NCBI GenBank assembly: GCA_040981125.1
Contig: JANRMQ010000009.1
Location: 73,624 to 137,623, forward strand
Direction: 5' to 3'
Source: Nitrospira sp.
Lineage (GTDB): Bacteria > Nitrospirota > Nitrospiria > Nitrospirales > Nitrospiraceae
DNA length: 64,000 bases
The notes under the pieces were generated by a model. It was not told the DNA's origin. It was given only the letters and a program-made list of their open reading frames with translations, and searched no databases. Shown one piece after another: positions 49,610 to 58,638 of the stretch. The first letter of the stretch is position 1, and the number at the start of each line of letters is the position of its first letter. A program made the position numbers and the translations under genes.

Positions 49610-50446
49610 TTACAACGCTGCCAGCCGCCTGCCGCTCCACCATTGCAGGCCGTTGATGAGAAGAAGCAGCGCGAACGATACCACCAGCATGACGACCGCA
49701 ATAGCTGTCGCCCCGGCATAGTCGTATTGTTCCAGTTTGGTGATGATGAGCAGCGGTGTGATTTCCGTCCGCATCGGCATGTTGCCCGAAATGAAAACCA
49801 CAGAACCGTATTCTCCCACCGCCCTGGCGAAGGCCGATGTGAATCCGGTAAGCAGCGCCGGCAGCACCTCCGGCAGGATCACGCGGGTGATGGTTTTCCA
49901 CCGTGTGGCGCCCAGGCTGGCGGCCGCTTCTTCGATTTGAGTTTCCAGGTCTTGCAGCACCGGCTGGACGGTGCGGACCACGAAGGGCAGACCGATAAAA
50001 GTCAGAGCCACGAGGACTCCGAACGGTGTAAATGCCACTTTGATGCCCCAAGGTTCCAGGTACCGGCCGATCCATCCGTTGACGGAGAACACCGCGGTCA
50101 ACGTAATGCCGGCCACCGCGGTGGGCAGGGCGAACGGCAGGTCGATCAGGGCGTCCAGGAGTTTCTTGCCGGGAAATGAGTATCGGGCCAGCACCCAGGC
50201 GATGATCAGTCCGAACACGGCATTGATCATGGCCGCCACCAGGGAGGCTCCAAACGTGAGTTGATACGACGCCACCGTTCGTGGATCCGTCACGGCCGCC
50301 CAGAACTGATCCCAGGCGAGGGTGGCCGTCTTCATGAAGAGTCCGGCCAGCGGGATCAGGACGATGAGGCTCAGATACAGAAGGGCGAATCCGAGCGCCA
50401 GGCCGAAACCCGGCAGCACACTTGGTTGTTTCAATAGGAAAGCCAT
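49610..50446 (-). CDS. cysT: Sulfate ABC transporter permease CysT
   Basis: N-terminus [27 protein letters not shown] parallels E. coli Cys[21 protein letters not shown] loop. Confidence 0.85.
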   Translation of the reverse strand: MAFLLKQPSVLPGFGLALGFALLYLSLIVLIPLAGLFMKTATLAWDQFWAAVTDPRTVASYQLTFGASLVAAMINAVFGLIIAWVLARYSFPGKKLLDALIDLPFALPTAVAGITLTAVFSVNGWIGRYLEPWGIKVAFTPFGVLVALTFIGLPFVVRTVQPVLQDLETQIEEAAASLGATRWKTITRVILPEVLPALLTGFTSAFARAVGEYGSVVFISGNMPMRTEITPLLIITKLEQYDYAGATAIAVVMLVVSFALLLLINGLQWWSGRRLAAL

Positions 50447-50527
50447 GGTGATTTCTTCACACAGCGATCTTGGTGATCCGGTGAGTTCTCCGGGACACGT
50501 GATGGCACTGTCTCTCCTCATTTCCTC

Positions 50528-51559
50528 TCATTGTTTGCTCCGAGCAATCTCTTGAAAGATCTGGTCAAAGAGCCCGCCGTCGGCGAAATGGATTGCGTTC
50601 GTCTTGTGCCAATCGCCGGCGATCTCATTGAGCGTGAACAGGGCGACCTTGGGAAATCGTTCGGCATACTTGGCGGCGACCGAAGCGGATCGCGGCCGGT
50701 AGTAGTGTTTGGCGGCGATGTCTTGGCCTTCTTCCGAGTAGAGATGCTCGAGGTAAGCTTGCGCAATGGCTCTCGTGCCTTTCTTATCGACCACCTTGTC
50801 GACCAGGCTCACCGCCGGTTCCGCCAGAATACTGACCGGAGGCACGACGATCTCGAACTTATCGCGGCTCAACTCTTTGCCGCCCAGCAGGATTTCGTTT
50901 TCCCAATTGATGAGGACGTCCCCGATGCCGCGATCGACGAAGGTCGTCGTGGCACCGCGTGCTCCGGAATCGAGCACCGGCACGTTCCGATAGAGTTGCG
51001 TCAGAAACGCACGGGCGGCGGCGTCCGTCCCCCCTGGTTTGCGGAGGGCATAGCCCCACGCGCCCAAGTAATTCCATCGCGCGCTCCCGGACGTTTTCGG
51101 ATTAGGCGTGATGACGGACACGCCGGGCTTGATCAGATCGTCCCAATCCTTGATGCCTTTGGGATTTCCCTTGCGTACGAGGAAAATAATCGTGGAGGTG
51201 TAAGGCGCGCTGTTGTGGGGGAGGCGCGTATTCCAATTCTCCGGAAGCAGCGCCGCTTTGTCCGATATCGCATCGATATCGTAGGCTAATGCCAAAGTCA
51301 CCACGTCGGCTTGCAGGCCGTCGATGACGGCCCGCGCCTGCTTGCTGGATCCGCCATGGGATTGTTTGATAGCGACGGGTTGTCCGGTCTTGGCTTGCCA
51401 CTGTTTGGCAAAGGCCGCGTTGAATTCCTGATAGAGTTCCCGCGTGGGGTCGTAGGAGACGTTGAGCAGTGAAATCGTATCAGCCGCTCGAGCCGGCGAC
51501 TGGAGCAAAGAGATGCCGAGCAGGATGAGAAGAGAAACAATAAAATGTCCGAACCACAT
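50528..51559 (-). CDS. sbp: Sulfate/thiosulfate-binding periplasmic protein
   Basis: [51 protein letters not shown] is near-colinear with E. coli Sbp. Confidence 0.9.
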   Translation of the reverse strand: MWFGHFIVSLLILLGISLLQSPARAADTISLLNVSYDPTRELYQEFNAAFAKQWQAKTGQPVAIKQSHGGSSKQARAVIDGLQADVVTLALAYDIDAISDKAALLPENWNTRLPHNSAPYTSTIIFLVRKGNPKGIKDWDDLIKPGVSVITPNPKTSGSARWNYLGAWGYALRKPGGTDAAARAFLTQLYRNVPVLDSGARGATTTFVDRGIGDVLINWENEILLGGKELSRDKFEIVVPPVSILAEPAVSLVDKVVDKKGTRAIAQAYLEHLYSEEGQDIAAKHYYRPRSASVAAKYAERFPKVALFTLNEIAGDWHKTNAIHFADGGLFDQIFQEIARSKQ

Positions 51560-51583
51560 GTGAAGTCTCCTTATTTGGTCTCA

Positions 51584-51610
51584 GAGAACTTCCGGTGGTC
51601 CGGTCAGTTC
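51584..51610 (-). promoter_or_regulatory. 27-nt conserved palindromic element, copy A (upstream of sbp)
   Basis: Sense strand GAACTGACCGGACCACCGGAAGTTCTC. It ends 24 nt before the sbp ATG, just 5-prime of the AAGGAG SD. 25/27 identical to 56001-56027. Confidence 0.5.
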
Positions 51611-51634
51611 GATCAAATGGACGCGTGTCTACTT

Positions 51635-52384
51635 CTATGCGTGCCCGTAGAGAACGGCCTTGGCGGCCGGACCATCCCGCTCGGCGAACGCTTGCGTGAG
51701 CGCGGCCTTCGCCAGCAGTCGCGTGGAATCCAACAACGGCACGACCGATTCATCCGACGTAACTAAAAGCGGCAACTCCGTACAAGCCAGGATGACGGCA
51801 TCGCAATCCCGCTTGTACAGACGTTCTATCACCTCATAGACATACGACCGGGATTCTTTTCTGATCTCTCCGGCAACCAGTTCCTTCAGGATCACGTCCT
51901 GCAATTGTGCTCTATCACGCTCGTCAGGTATTGCGTAGTCGATGTCGAGCCGTGCCAGTCTGCGTGGATAAATGGAGCCCTCCATGACGACCCGGGTGCC
52001 GATCAGGCCCACCCGATGAAAGCCGCGGCGGGCGGATTCGGTTACGGCCACATCGGCAATATGCAGCCACGGGATCGGAGAATTGGTCAGGTCGATCGCT
52101 TGATGCAGCGTATTGTTCGGACAAATGATGAAGTCCGCTCCCGCGAGAGCCAGTTTGTCGGTCGATCGGGAGATCAGCGCCGCCACGGTTGTCCAATCCT
52201 GTTGCTGGATCGCATCCAGATACAGATGGAGAGGAAACGTATGCATGGTCACCTCGGGATGGACATCGGAGCCCAGTAGCTTGCCGGCTTCCTTGTAAAT
52301 CGTCCGATAGCACAGCGCGGCGCCTTCGGCCGTGCCGGCGACGATACCGATATGTTGGATGGCGGCGTTGCGATGATCGGCCAT
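51635..52384 (-). CDS. Aspartate/glutamate racemase family protein
   Basis: IGIVAGTAEGAALCY, FIICPNNTLH, AVILACTELPLL (two-Cys racemase pattern). Confidence 0.7.
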   Translation of the reverse strand: MADHRNAAIQHIGIVAGTAEGAALCYRTIYKEAGKLLGSDVHPEVTMHTFPLHLYLDAIQQQDWTTVAALISRSTDKLALAGADFIICPNNTLHQAIDLTNSPIPWLHIADVAVTESARRGFHRVGLIGTRVVMEGSIYPRRLARLDIDYAIPDERDRAQLQDVILKELVAGEIRKESRSYVYEVIERLYKRDCDAVILACTELPLLVTSDESVVPLLDSTRLLAKAALTQAFAERDGPAAKAVLYGHA

Positions 52385-52390
52385 CTCGAC

Positions 52391-52771
52391 CTACCTTTCT
52401 TTGACCGCGCGCAATTGTACGAAGTCGTCTGAGTTGCCGTTGACGGCGCCGACGTGTGCCCGCTTTTGGTACACGACGGGGAGGCCGCGGCGGCCGGCCT
52501 CGATGCGGATCTTTCTGGCTAAGGCATGGCTCACCCGGTCCAGCACGACGACGACGGCTTCCGTGTCTCGGGGGATCGGCCTCGTCAGATCCCGCCGTTT
52601 GCGGCCGCTGAAGTGCTCAATGGATCCTCGACCCCGTGCCTTCCTTTGTCGGAAGATGCCGATGGAGTCTCCTCCGACGATGAGGATATTGGGCCGGCGC
52701 TGTCCGGCCTGTGGATCGCGTGCAGAAATTGCGCCGGCTCTTTTGTTGTCGCGAGCGGATATGGCATTCAA
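52391..52771 (-). CDS. DUF2325 domain protein
   Basis: ILIVGGDS...VVVVLDRVSHALARKIRIEAGRRGLPVV resembles DUF2325. The ORF-track start is TTG, so the true start is uncertain. Confidence 0.45.
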   Translation of the reverse strand: MNAISARDNKRAGAISARDPQAGQRRPNILIVGGDSIGIFRQRKARGRGSIEHFSGRKRRDLTRPIPRDTEAVVVVLDRVSHALARKIRIEAGRRGLPVVYQKRAHVGAVNGNSDDFVQLRAVKER

Positions 52772-53499
52772 GGTCGGAACTCCTTTGTGTTTTCTTCCTT
52801 AACCGGGTAGACCGGCATCGCAGACAGCGCTTCACGATATCGGATTTGCAACTCTTCCCGCTGATCCGGGGCGTAGAAGCGGCCCGCGGATTTCACCCGG
52901 ACCAAATATTCTTCCGGTTCAAAGATCACATCGAATTCAGGCGAAACCTGAGGGACATTCGGCATTTGCCGATCATATTTGCTGATGTCCGGGCCCGGTC
53001 CATGTTTGTCGTGCACTTCGCTGAGGGAGAGATAGAGCAGTTGATCGCGAACCGACAACCATCCGGTGGTGGTCTCTTCAAATCCGTCCTCCGTTGGACT
53101 GCTGAGATGGAAGTACACTCGCTCCGATGGCGAGGCTTCAGCCAGAGCTTTTGAAAGGGCCGATGCCAGAACGGCGATCTCATCGTCACGGAACGCTCTG
53201 GTTCTATCCGCCTGGCCGACAAAGAGCCGGTGGATCACGTTGCGTCGTTCCCATGTCCGCACCCCGCGCAGCAACGTACCGATTTCGCTCGGAGTGAGTG
53301 TGACCGGATGCGAATTCGATGTGGAATCCGGGTCCTGTTCCAGGTGCACCACTTTTAAGCCTGACTCATATACCACCTTGGGCGGCGCCGGCTTGGTCGA
53401 GGCGCAACCGGTCATGACGGACAATCCTGCAATGAGCACAGCAGCCGACAAGCGGGTCGTTAATCGCAATGTGGAGGGTTCCTTCCTGACGAATGTCAT
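52768..53499 (-). CDS. Lipoprotein of an uncharacterised family (paralog of 29156-29920)
   Basis: Lipobox VMTGC. ATGA overlap with the modA stop (53496-53499). Shared blocks with the other copy. Confidence 0.55.
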   Translation of the reverse strand: MTFVRKEPSTLRLTTRLSAAVLIAGLSVMTGCASTKPAPPKVVYESGLKVVHLEQDPDSTSNSHPVTLTPSEIGTLLRGVRTWERRNVIHRLFVGQADRTRAFRDDEIAVLASALSKALAEASPSERVYFHLSSPTEDGFEETTTGWLSVRDQLLYLSLSEVHDKHGPGPDISKYDRQMPNVPQVSPEFDVIFEPEEYLVRVKSAGRFYAPDQREELQIRYREALSAMPVYPVKEENTKEFRP

Positions 53500-54326
53500 T
53501 GTGGCGCCTCCCACCGCTGAGCGACTCCGGCCGATGAGGGGACGCGATCGAAACCGTATTTTTCCAGCTGAGCATGCACTTGGGGGGTGACCAAGAATTC
53601 GGTGAAATCCTTCGCCGCTGAAATATTGCGAGAGGTCCATACCGTCGCCGCCCCATAGCGGATCGGACTATGAGAGCCGGCCGGAGCGGTGTCGATAATC
53701 CGGACCTTCCGATTCGGGCCGACATCCGTGCGGTAGACCACGCCGATCTCGGCTTCTCCATTGGCGACAAGATCGAGAACGGCTTTCGAATGCTCTCCAT
53801 AGACATACTGTGATTTCAATCGGGGTTCCAAATCACTGGACTTGAGGAATTGGGCGGCGACCTTGCCCACCGAGGCCGTCTTTGGGTCGCCTACGGCAAT
53901 CCTGCGGATAGGAGTTTTATGCAAATCCTGAATGACGCCGATCGGGGCGGGAACATCCGTGTTGGTGATCAAGACAAGGGTCGTACCGGCATAGACACGT
54001 TTGGTGCCTTGAATGACCAGGCCATTTTTATCGAGTTGTTCAATCTCCTCGAACAGCGACGGCAAAAAGACGTCGACCGGAGCGCCCTGTTTAATCTGGT
54101 CGCGTAGTGTCTGGGAGGGGCCATAGACGACACGAATACTGACATGTGGATATTGAGCTTCGAAGAGAGGGAGGACGTTCCGCAGCGCCTCCCGAAGACT
54201 GTTGGCGGCTGCGATGGTCAAGGTCTCGGTCGGTTCCGCCGAGACGGACGTCGTCATGCCGAGGACGGCAAAGAGCAAGCCCAGAAGAAAAAGTTTGAGG
54301 GGTGTCGTGTGTAACTTCATGACCAT
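53496..54326 (-). CDS. modA: Molybdate ABC transporter substrate-binding protein
   Basis: Signal peptide, LTIAAANSLREAL..F....P.V.I.VVYGPSQTLRDQIKQGAPVDVFLPS parallels E. coli ModA. Confidence 0.8.
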   Translation of the reverse strand: MVMKLHTTPLKLFLLGLLFAVLGMTTSVSAEPTETLTIAAANSLREALRNVLPLFEAQYPHVSIRVVYGPSQTLRDQIKQGAPVDVFLPSLFEEIEQLDKNGLVIQGTKRVYAGTTLVLITNTDVPAPIGVIQDLHKTPIRRIAVGDPKTASVGKVAAQFLKSSDLEPRLKSQYVYGEHSKAVLDLVANGEAEIGVVYRTDVGPNRKVRIIDTAPAGSHSPIRYGAATVWTSRNISAAKDFTEFLVTPQVHAQLEKYGFDRVPSSAGVAQRWEAPQ

Positions 54327-54364
54327 TGTCTCCTTATTTCCAATAGTGAGATGCGTCCGGTGAT

Positions 54365-55978
54365 CTAGAAGAAAAACTGGTACTGGACATTGATCCTGTT
54401 TTCGATGAGGTCGCGGCCGAATCCCGGATTACTTTCGAAGGGAAATCTGTCCGGCGCGCGCCCGCCGCTGCCATACGTGATATTCGAGTAGTCGATGACC
54501 AGGCGATTATTATATGTGCCGTCGAAACTGTAGTTGATCGCTGCGCCGAATTCTTTGACCAGGTCGTGGGTCTGCTTGGTGGATGGATCCATGAAGCCGT
54601 AACGCAGCGCGACTTCGAGTTTCCGGGGAATCACATATTTGCCGACTTGCGCGTACCAGCCGTAGGCTTGTCCGAGCTCTACCGGGGGACCTAAGATGAC
54701 GGCGGTGTTGGGATCGAACGGAATGGCTCCGGAATCAGGGCTCCTTACTCGCTGGTGCCGGTAGTAGCCCTCTCCCTGCAAAGACCAGCCTTGGTACTTC
54801 GCAATGAAGTCGACCTCGTAGGTTTGAAAATCGTAAATCCCGCCGCCAAGAAGACGGCCGTTGTAGCTCTTCGTGATAGCCTGGCGGTAAGCGCGGGTCA
54901 CGATGTCGGATCGAATGGAACTGAGGTAGTTCTGCCCGGGATTGTAGGCGTAGCCGGCGCCGATGGCCACCTGCGGAACACGCGAGTTGAGAATATCTCC
55001 CTGTCCATACCCGGGATTGCCTGAAATTTTAAACAAGAGCCGAGCGGTATACATCAGCTCGCCCGTCATGAAGCGCGTGTCGTAATTAAATGTCCGGCGC
55101 TGGGAAGCGGGCAGGTCGGCGTTATTCGGAAGCGCCTGGCTGACGGCCGTGCCTTCGCGCGAGAGATTCGTTCCGGCTCCGTTCCAAATACCGAACGCAT
55201 AGTTGAATCTGTATTGGTCCTCGTCGCTGAGGACCGTGATGCCGATATCTCGACTACTCGCCTGGTTGGCCGCGAACGCGCGCTGGACAATCAAATTATC
55301 CGCGAACGTCGAGGTGGCGATCGAACTGATGAGGGCTCGATTGAACCACACCCGCTGCTGTCCGACTTGGATGGTTGCAAACGGAATATGCCAGGACGCC
55401 ACGTAGGCATCCAGCAGGGAGCCTCTGCCGCTGCCGCCTTCTTGATTCCACGCCGTCTGGTCAAATTGAATCGAGAAGTTGTAGCGAAGATCGGGATCGA
55501 AGGCATAGCCCAGGAACTGGAGGCGTGTGCGCGGCACCGTAAACGTGCTTGAATCACTCTGCTGCCGGACGGCTCGATACTCGACTTGACCTCCCAGGAT
55601 CTCCGGGTACCTGGAATCTCCGATCGTCGCCCATCCTTCGTTGTAGGTGCTGTAGGAATAACGGACTTGGGTGAGCAGCCGCATCTTCAGCAGGAATTTG
55701 GAGCCGACGCGGATGTTCAATCCATTATTGATATCGACGCTATAGTTGGGTTTGGAGGCGTATTCCTTTGTTTCGAGGACCTTCAGCCCGCGCTCGTATT
55801 CCTGCTGGGTGATGATGCCTTTGAGATAGAGATATTTCAGTCCAGGATCTTCCGTGGTGACATATTCCCAGCGACCGTCCTTCTTCATGAGCTGGCCTTC
55901 TTCAACGGCATGAATGAACGGCGCCGATAACATTAAGAATCCGACGATAAGAAAAGGAACGAACCCAAACGGTCTCAT
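54365..55978 (-). CDS. Outer-membrane porin (OprO/OprP-like anion-selective porin family)
   Basis: Signal peptide, alternating beta-strand pattern, C-terminal ..NVQYQFFF. AAGGAGGAG precedes the ATG. Confidence 0.55.
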   Translation of the reverse strand: MRPFGFVPFLIVGFLMLSAPFIHAVEEGQLMKKDGRWEYVTTEDPGLKYLYLKGIITQQEYERGLKVLETKEYASKPNYSVDINNGLNIRVGSKFLLKMRLLTQVRYSYSTYNEGWATIGDSRYPEILGGQVEYRAVRQQSDSSTFTVPRTRLQFLGYAFDPDLRYNFSIQFDQTAWNQEGGSGRGSLLDAYVASWHIPFATIQVGQQRVWFNRALISSIATSTFADNLIVQRAFAANQASSRDIGITVLSDEDQYRFNYAFGIWNGAGTNLSREGTAVSQALPNNADLPASQRRTFNYDTRFMTGELMYTARLLFKISGNPGYGQGDILNSRVPQVAIGAGYAYNPGQNYLSSIRSDIVTRAYRQAITKSYNGRLLGGGIYDFQTYEVDFIAKYQGWSLQGEGYYRHQRVRSPDSGAIPFDPNTAVILGPPVELGQAYGWYAQVGKYVIPRKLEVALRYGFMDPSTKQTHDLVKEFGAAINYSFDGTYNNRLVIDYSNITYGSGGRAPDRFPFESNPGFGRDLIENRINVQYQFFF

Positions 55979-56000
55979 GTCCCGATCTCCTCCTTGACAT

Positions 56001-56027
56001 GAGAACCTCCAGTGGTCCGGTCAGTTC
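56001..56027 (-). promoter_or_regulatory. 27-nt conserved palindromic element, copy B (upstream of the porin)
   Basis: Sense strand GAACTGACCGGACCACTGGAGGTTCTC. It ends 22 nt before the porin ATG. A degenerate third copy lies at 56061-56082. Confidence 0.5.
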
Positions 56028-56092
56028 CCGAGCAGATTGTTGAATGCCGCTAATGATGGCCCAGTGGTCTGGTGGCCGAGTTAGAAACGACT

Positions 56093-56272
56093 TCAGCGCT
56101 CCCGATCGAAACGCAGCTTCTCTTTCCGCTCTATTTGGACGATGCGTGAATCATGAATGGTGATTTCAATGGAGCCGTACCGGATACCTCCGATAGCCGT
56201 CGCAATATGAGACAGATCTTGTTCCCTGGCATAGGAATAGGCGGTGAAAGATTCCTCGCTCTGCATGGTCAT
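56093..56272 (-). CDS. YezD/DUF2292 family small protein
   Basis: GSIEITIHDSRIVQIERKEKLRF is the family hallmark. Start trimmed to MTMQSEE. Confidence 0.6.
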   Translation of the reverse strand: MTMQSEESFTAYSYAREQDLSHIATAIGGIRYGSIEITIHDSRIVQIERKEKLRFDRER

Positions 56273-56465
56273 TCTCCTACGTGTAGGTATTCTTAGTAAT
56301 CCGATGAGGATTAAAATAATTAACTTGAATAAGAAAGTCAAGAATAACTTTCTGAACTACTGCTGATGCAAGAATATTTGACTATTATTATACTATGCTG
56401 TACTGTCCTGCAGCCTGCTCTACGCAGAGACGAGGGTCACCTAATTATTAACAAGGGGAAACTCC

Positions 56466-57206
56466 ATGGAAGAAAGTTGCTGTACATCGCAGCGAAAGGG
56501 TTCCAGGCGGCGTCCGTTTCAGCTGGAAGGGGAGGATCTCCACGCGTTCGATCGTATTAAGATTCCGATTACGTATAAAGCCAATCAAACAGTATTTTAT
56601 GAGGGGCATGCGAGCCTCGGTTTGTACATGTTGTGTTCCGGGAAGGTGAAGTTGACGCGATCTTCGATAAAGGGCCAACGTGTCATCGTCCGTATTCTTG
56701 AAGGGGGGGACATTATTGAGAAAGAAGCCTTCGGGGACAAGACGGTTCATCAAGTGACCTGTGAAACACTGGAGCCGTGCAAGATCTGTCTGATTGAAAG
56801 AGCACCCTACCTCGAATTGGTCAAGCGGAACGGCGCACTCGCTCTGAGCTTGATCGAGTTGCTCAGCTCCGAAGTACGCTCGCATATCGGCCAACTTGAC
56901 GAGTTTCTTTTTAAGAACGCACGGGAAAGGCTCGCCGCAAAACTGTTGCAGTTGGCATTACGATTTGGTTTTCGTGTTGAAGGTGGTGTGAGCATCGGAA
57001 TGAATCTCAAACGTGAAGAAGTCGCCGAGATGGCCGGTATCACGCCGGAGACATTGGCGCGGTTACTCGGAGCTTTTCAAGGGGAGAAACTCATCACCGT
57101 GCATGGGAGGACCATCACACTTGTCGACATCGACAGGCTTTCACGCATCGCCCGCTATCCCGATCTCAAGTTGGCGCAGGTTTCAGCAGAGGCGCCGGCT
57201 TCTTAA
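56466..57206 (+). CDS. Crp/Fnr family transcriptional regulator
   Basis: cNMP-binding-like beta-roll (FYEGHASLGLYMLCSGKVKL) and C-terminal HTH (REEVAEMAGITPETLARLL). Confidence 0.85.
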   Translation: MEESCCTSQRKGSRRRPFQLEGEDLHAFDRIKIPITYKANQTVFYEGHASLGLYMLCSGKVKLTRSSIKGQRVIVRILEGGDIIEKEAFGDKTVHQVTCETLEPCKICLIERAPYLELVKRNGALALSLIELLSSEVRSHIGQLDEFLFKNARERLAAKLLQLALRFGFRVEGGVSIGMNLKREEVAEMAGITPETLARLLGAFQGEKLITVHGRTITLVDIDRLSRIARYPDLKLAQVSAEAPAS

Positions 57207-57380
57207 GTTTCTGCAATCAACTATGAACATCACTCTGCATAGGCCTTAGGCCCCATTGTCAAAGTTGACGTAAATCATGATTTTATCCATCGAGGTCAAG
57301 GAGCATTCCGTTGACCCCAAATATAATTCACTCCGCCGGCTGCGAAGTTGATTCTCTGTCAATGTCCCGAGACAAGAAGA

Positions 57381-58373
57381 ATGAAATTTGGTTTGTCAGG
57401 GTGCGGAGCGGGATTTGAGCCTTTCCATCCGCTGCATTGGCCTCGCCTTGCGCAAGTGGCGGAAGCCGCCGGTTTTGATTCCCTGTGGCTCAACGAAGAA
57501 CATTTCCAGGAGCCGCGCGACGGCCGAGGAAGGCTGTGCCTCTCTCCCTTGATCGTGGCTGCCCAGTTGGCGGCGCAAACGCAACGTATCCGCATCGGGT
57601 TTTCGGTGCTCTTGCTTCCGCTACACCAACCGATACGGCTTGCCGAAGAGATTGCGTCATTGGACGTGATCAGCAATGGTCGGATCGATTTCGGTGTGTC
57701 GCGTGGAGGCAATCCCGGCTACTCGAAGGCCTTTGGCATCGATCCTTCTGCCGGCCGGCAACACTTTCAGGATGATCTACTCCTGATGCGCGAATGCTGG
57801 TCGGCCCGGGAGGTTCACGTGGGCGAGCAGCGTCTGAATGTGCAACCCAAACCGGTTCAGACTCCGCATCCTCCCGTCTATATCGGAACGTACAATGAAG
57901 AGACAGCCGGATGGGCCGGCAATCAGGGGCATCGTCTGATTCAGCACGGAATTCAATCCATGCCCAACATATGCCGAATCATTCGGGCTTTTGAGGCAGA
58001 AGGCGGGAAAGCCTGCGACACGCCGATCGGAAGATTTGTCTACGTCAGCACCAGCGATCAGGCCGCCAGGTCGGAATTATGTCCGGTTCTGCGCTTGCTG
58101 ACGGACCGCTTGCGGAAAGCGGGGATCCCGGCTCGGCCGGGGACACTGACGGAAGATGAGCTTGACGTCGAACAATTCTACAAGAATATGGTCGTTGCCG
58201 GCAGCCCGCAGGCCTGCCGCGAACGGCTCGAGGAGATCTGTCGCGCCACGGGGAGCCGGCATGTGAATTGTCTCATGGGGTTCTTTGGGTACTTGCCACC
58301 GCGCCTGCATTACCGTTCTCTCCGGCTGTTTGCGGATGAAGTCCTGCCTCAGTTCCGGAATGAGTCTCGATAA
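57381..58373 (+). CDS. LLM-class (luciferase-like) flavin-dependent oxidoreductase
   Basis: MKFGL....AEAAGFDSLWLNEEHF, LAEEIASLDVISNGRIDFGVSRG. Confidence 0.8.
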   Translation: MKFGLSGCGAGFEPFHPLHWPRLAQVAEAAGFDSLWLNEEHFQEPRDGRGRLCLSPLIVAAQLAAQTQRIRIGFSVLLLPLHQPIRLAEEIASLDVISNGRIDFGVSRGGNPGYSKAFGIDPSAGRQHFQDDLLLMRECWSAREVHVGEQRLNVQPKPVQTPHPPVYIGTYNEETAGWAGNQGHRLIQHGIQSMPNICRIIRAFEAEGGKACDTPIGRFVYVSTSDQAARSELCPVLRLLTDRLRKAGIPARPGTLTEDELDVEQFYKNMVVAGSPQACRERLEEICRATGSRHVNCLMGFFGYLPPRLHYRSLRLFADEVLPQFRNESR

Positions 58374-58638
58374 GATAAAGCGCGCGCCCACGTTTCTTCA
58401 CTCAGATCCTTCATGAGACTCGTCAGCGTCAGCTTGTCGGCCAATCCTCCGACTTTAGCAATGGGAGTGACCTTACTTGATCGCTCGCTCCGCGAATGAG
58501 CCGAAAGACCCAGCATGCGGTTGACTGAAATCAGGTGACGAGCCTCCCACGATCAAGGAACTGACGCCCTGCTTCCGGTAGTGTCCAGCCCATCGAGACC
58601 ATGGTGAAATCAGTAGATCTTGAATCAGGAGTTTCTCG

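Noticed and set aside
56324-56342. FNR/CRP box (CTTGA-N9-TCAAG)
   Set aside because: The half-site spacing does not match TTGAT-N4-ATCAA or TGTGA-N6-TCACA. I kept it only as an unexplained inverted repeat.
58374-58638. Possible cobalamin riboswitch upstream of the TonB-dependent receptor / BtuF-like / FecCD-like genes
   Set aside because: Only loose resemblances are present (AATGGGAG, GGTGAAATC, GAGACC). They are in the wrong order, there is no GCCACTG element and no convincing B12 box. An Infernal scan would settle it, but by eye it does not fit.
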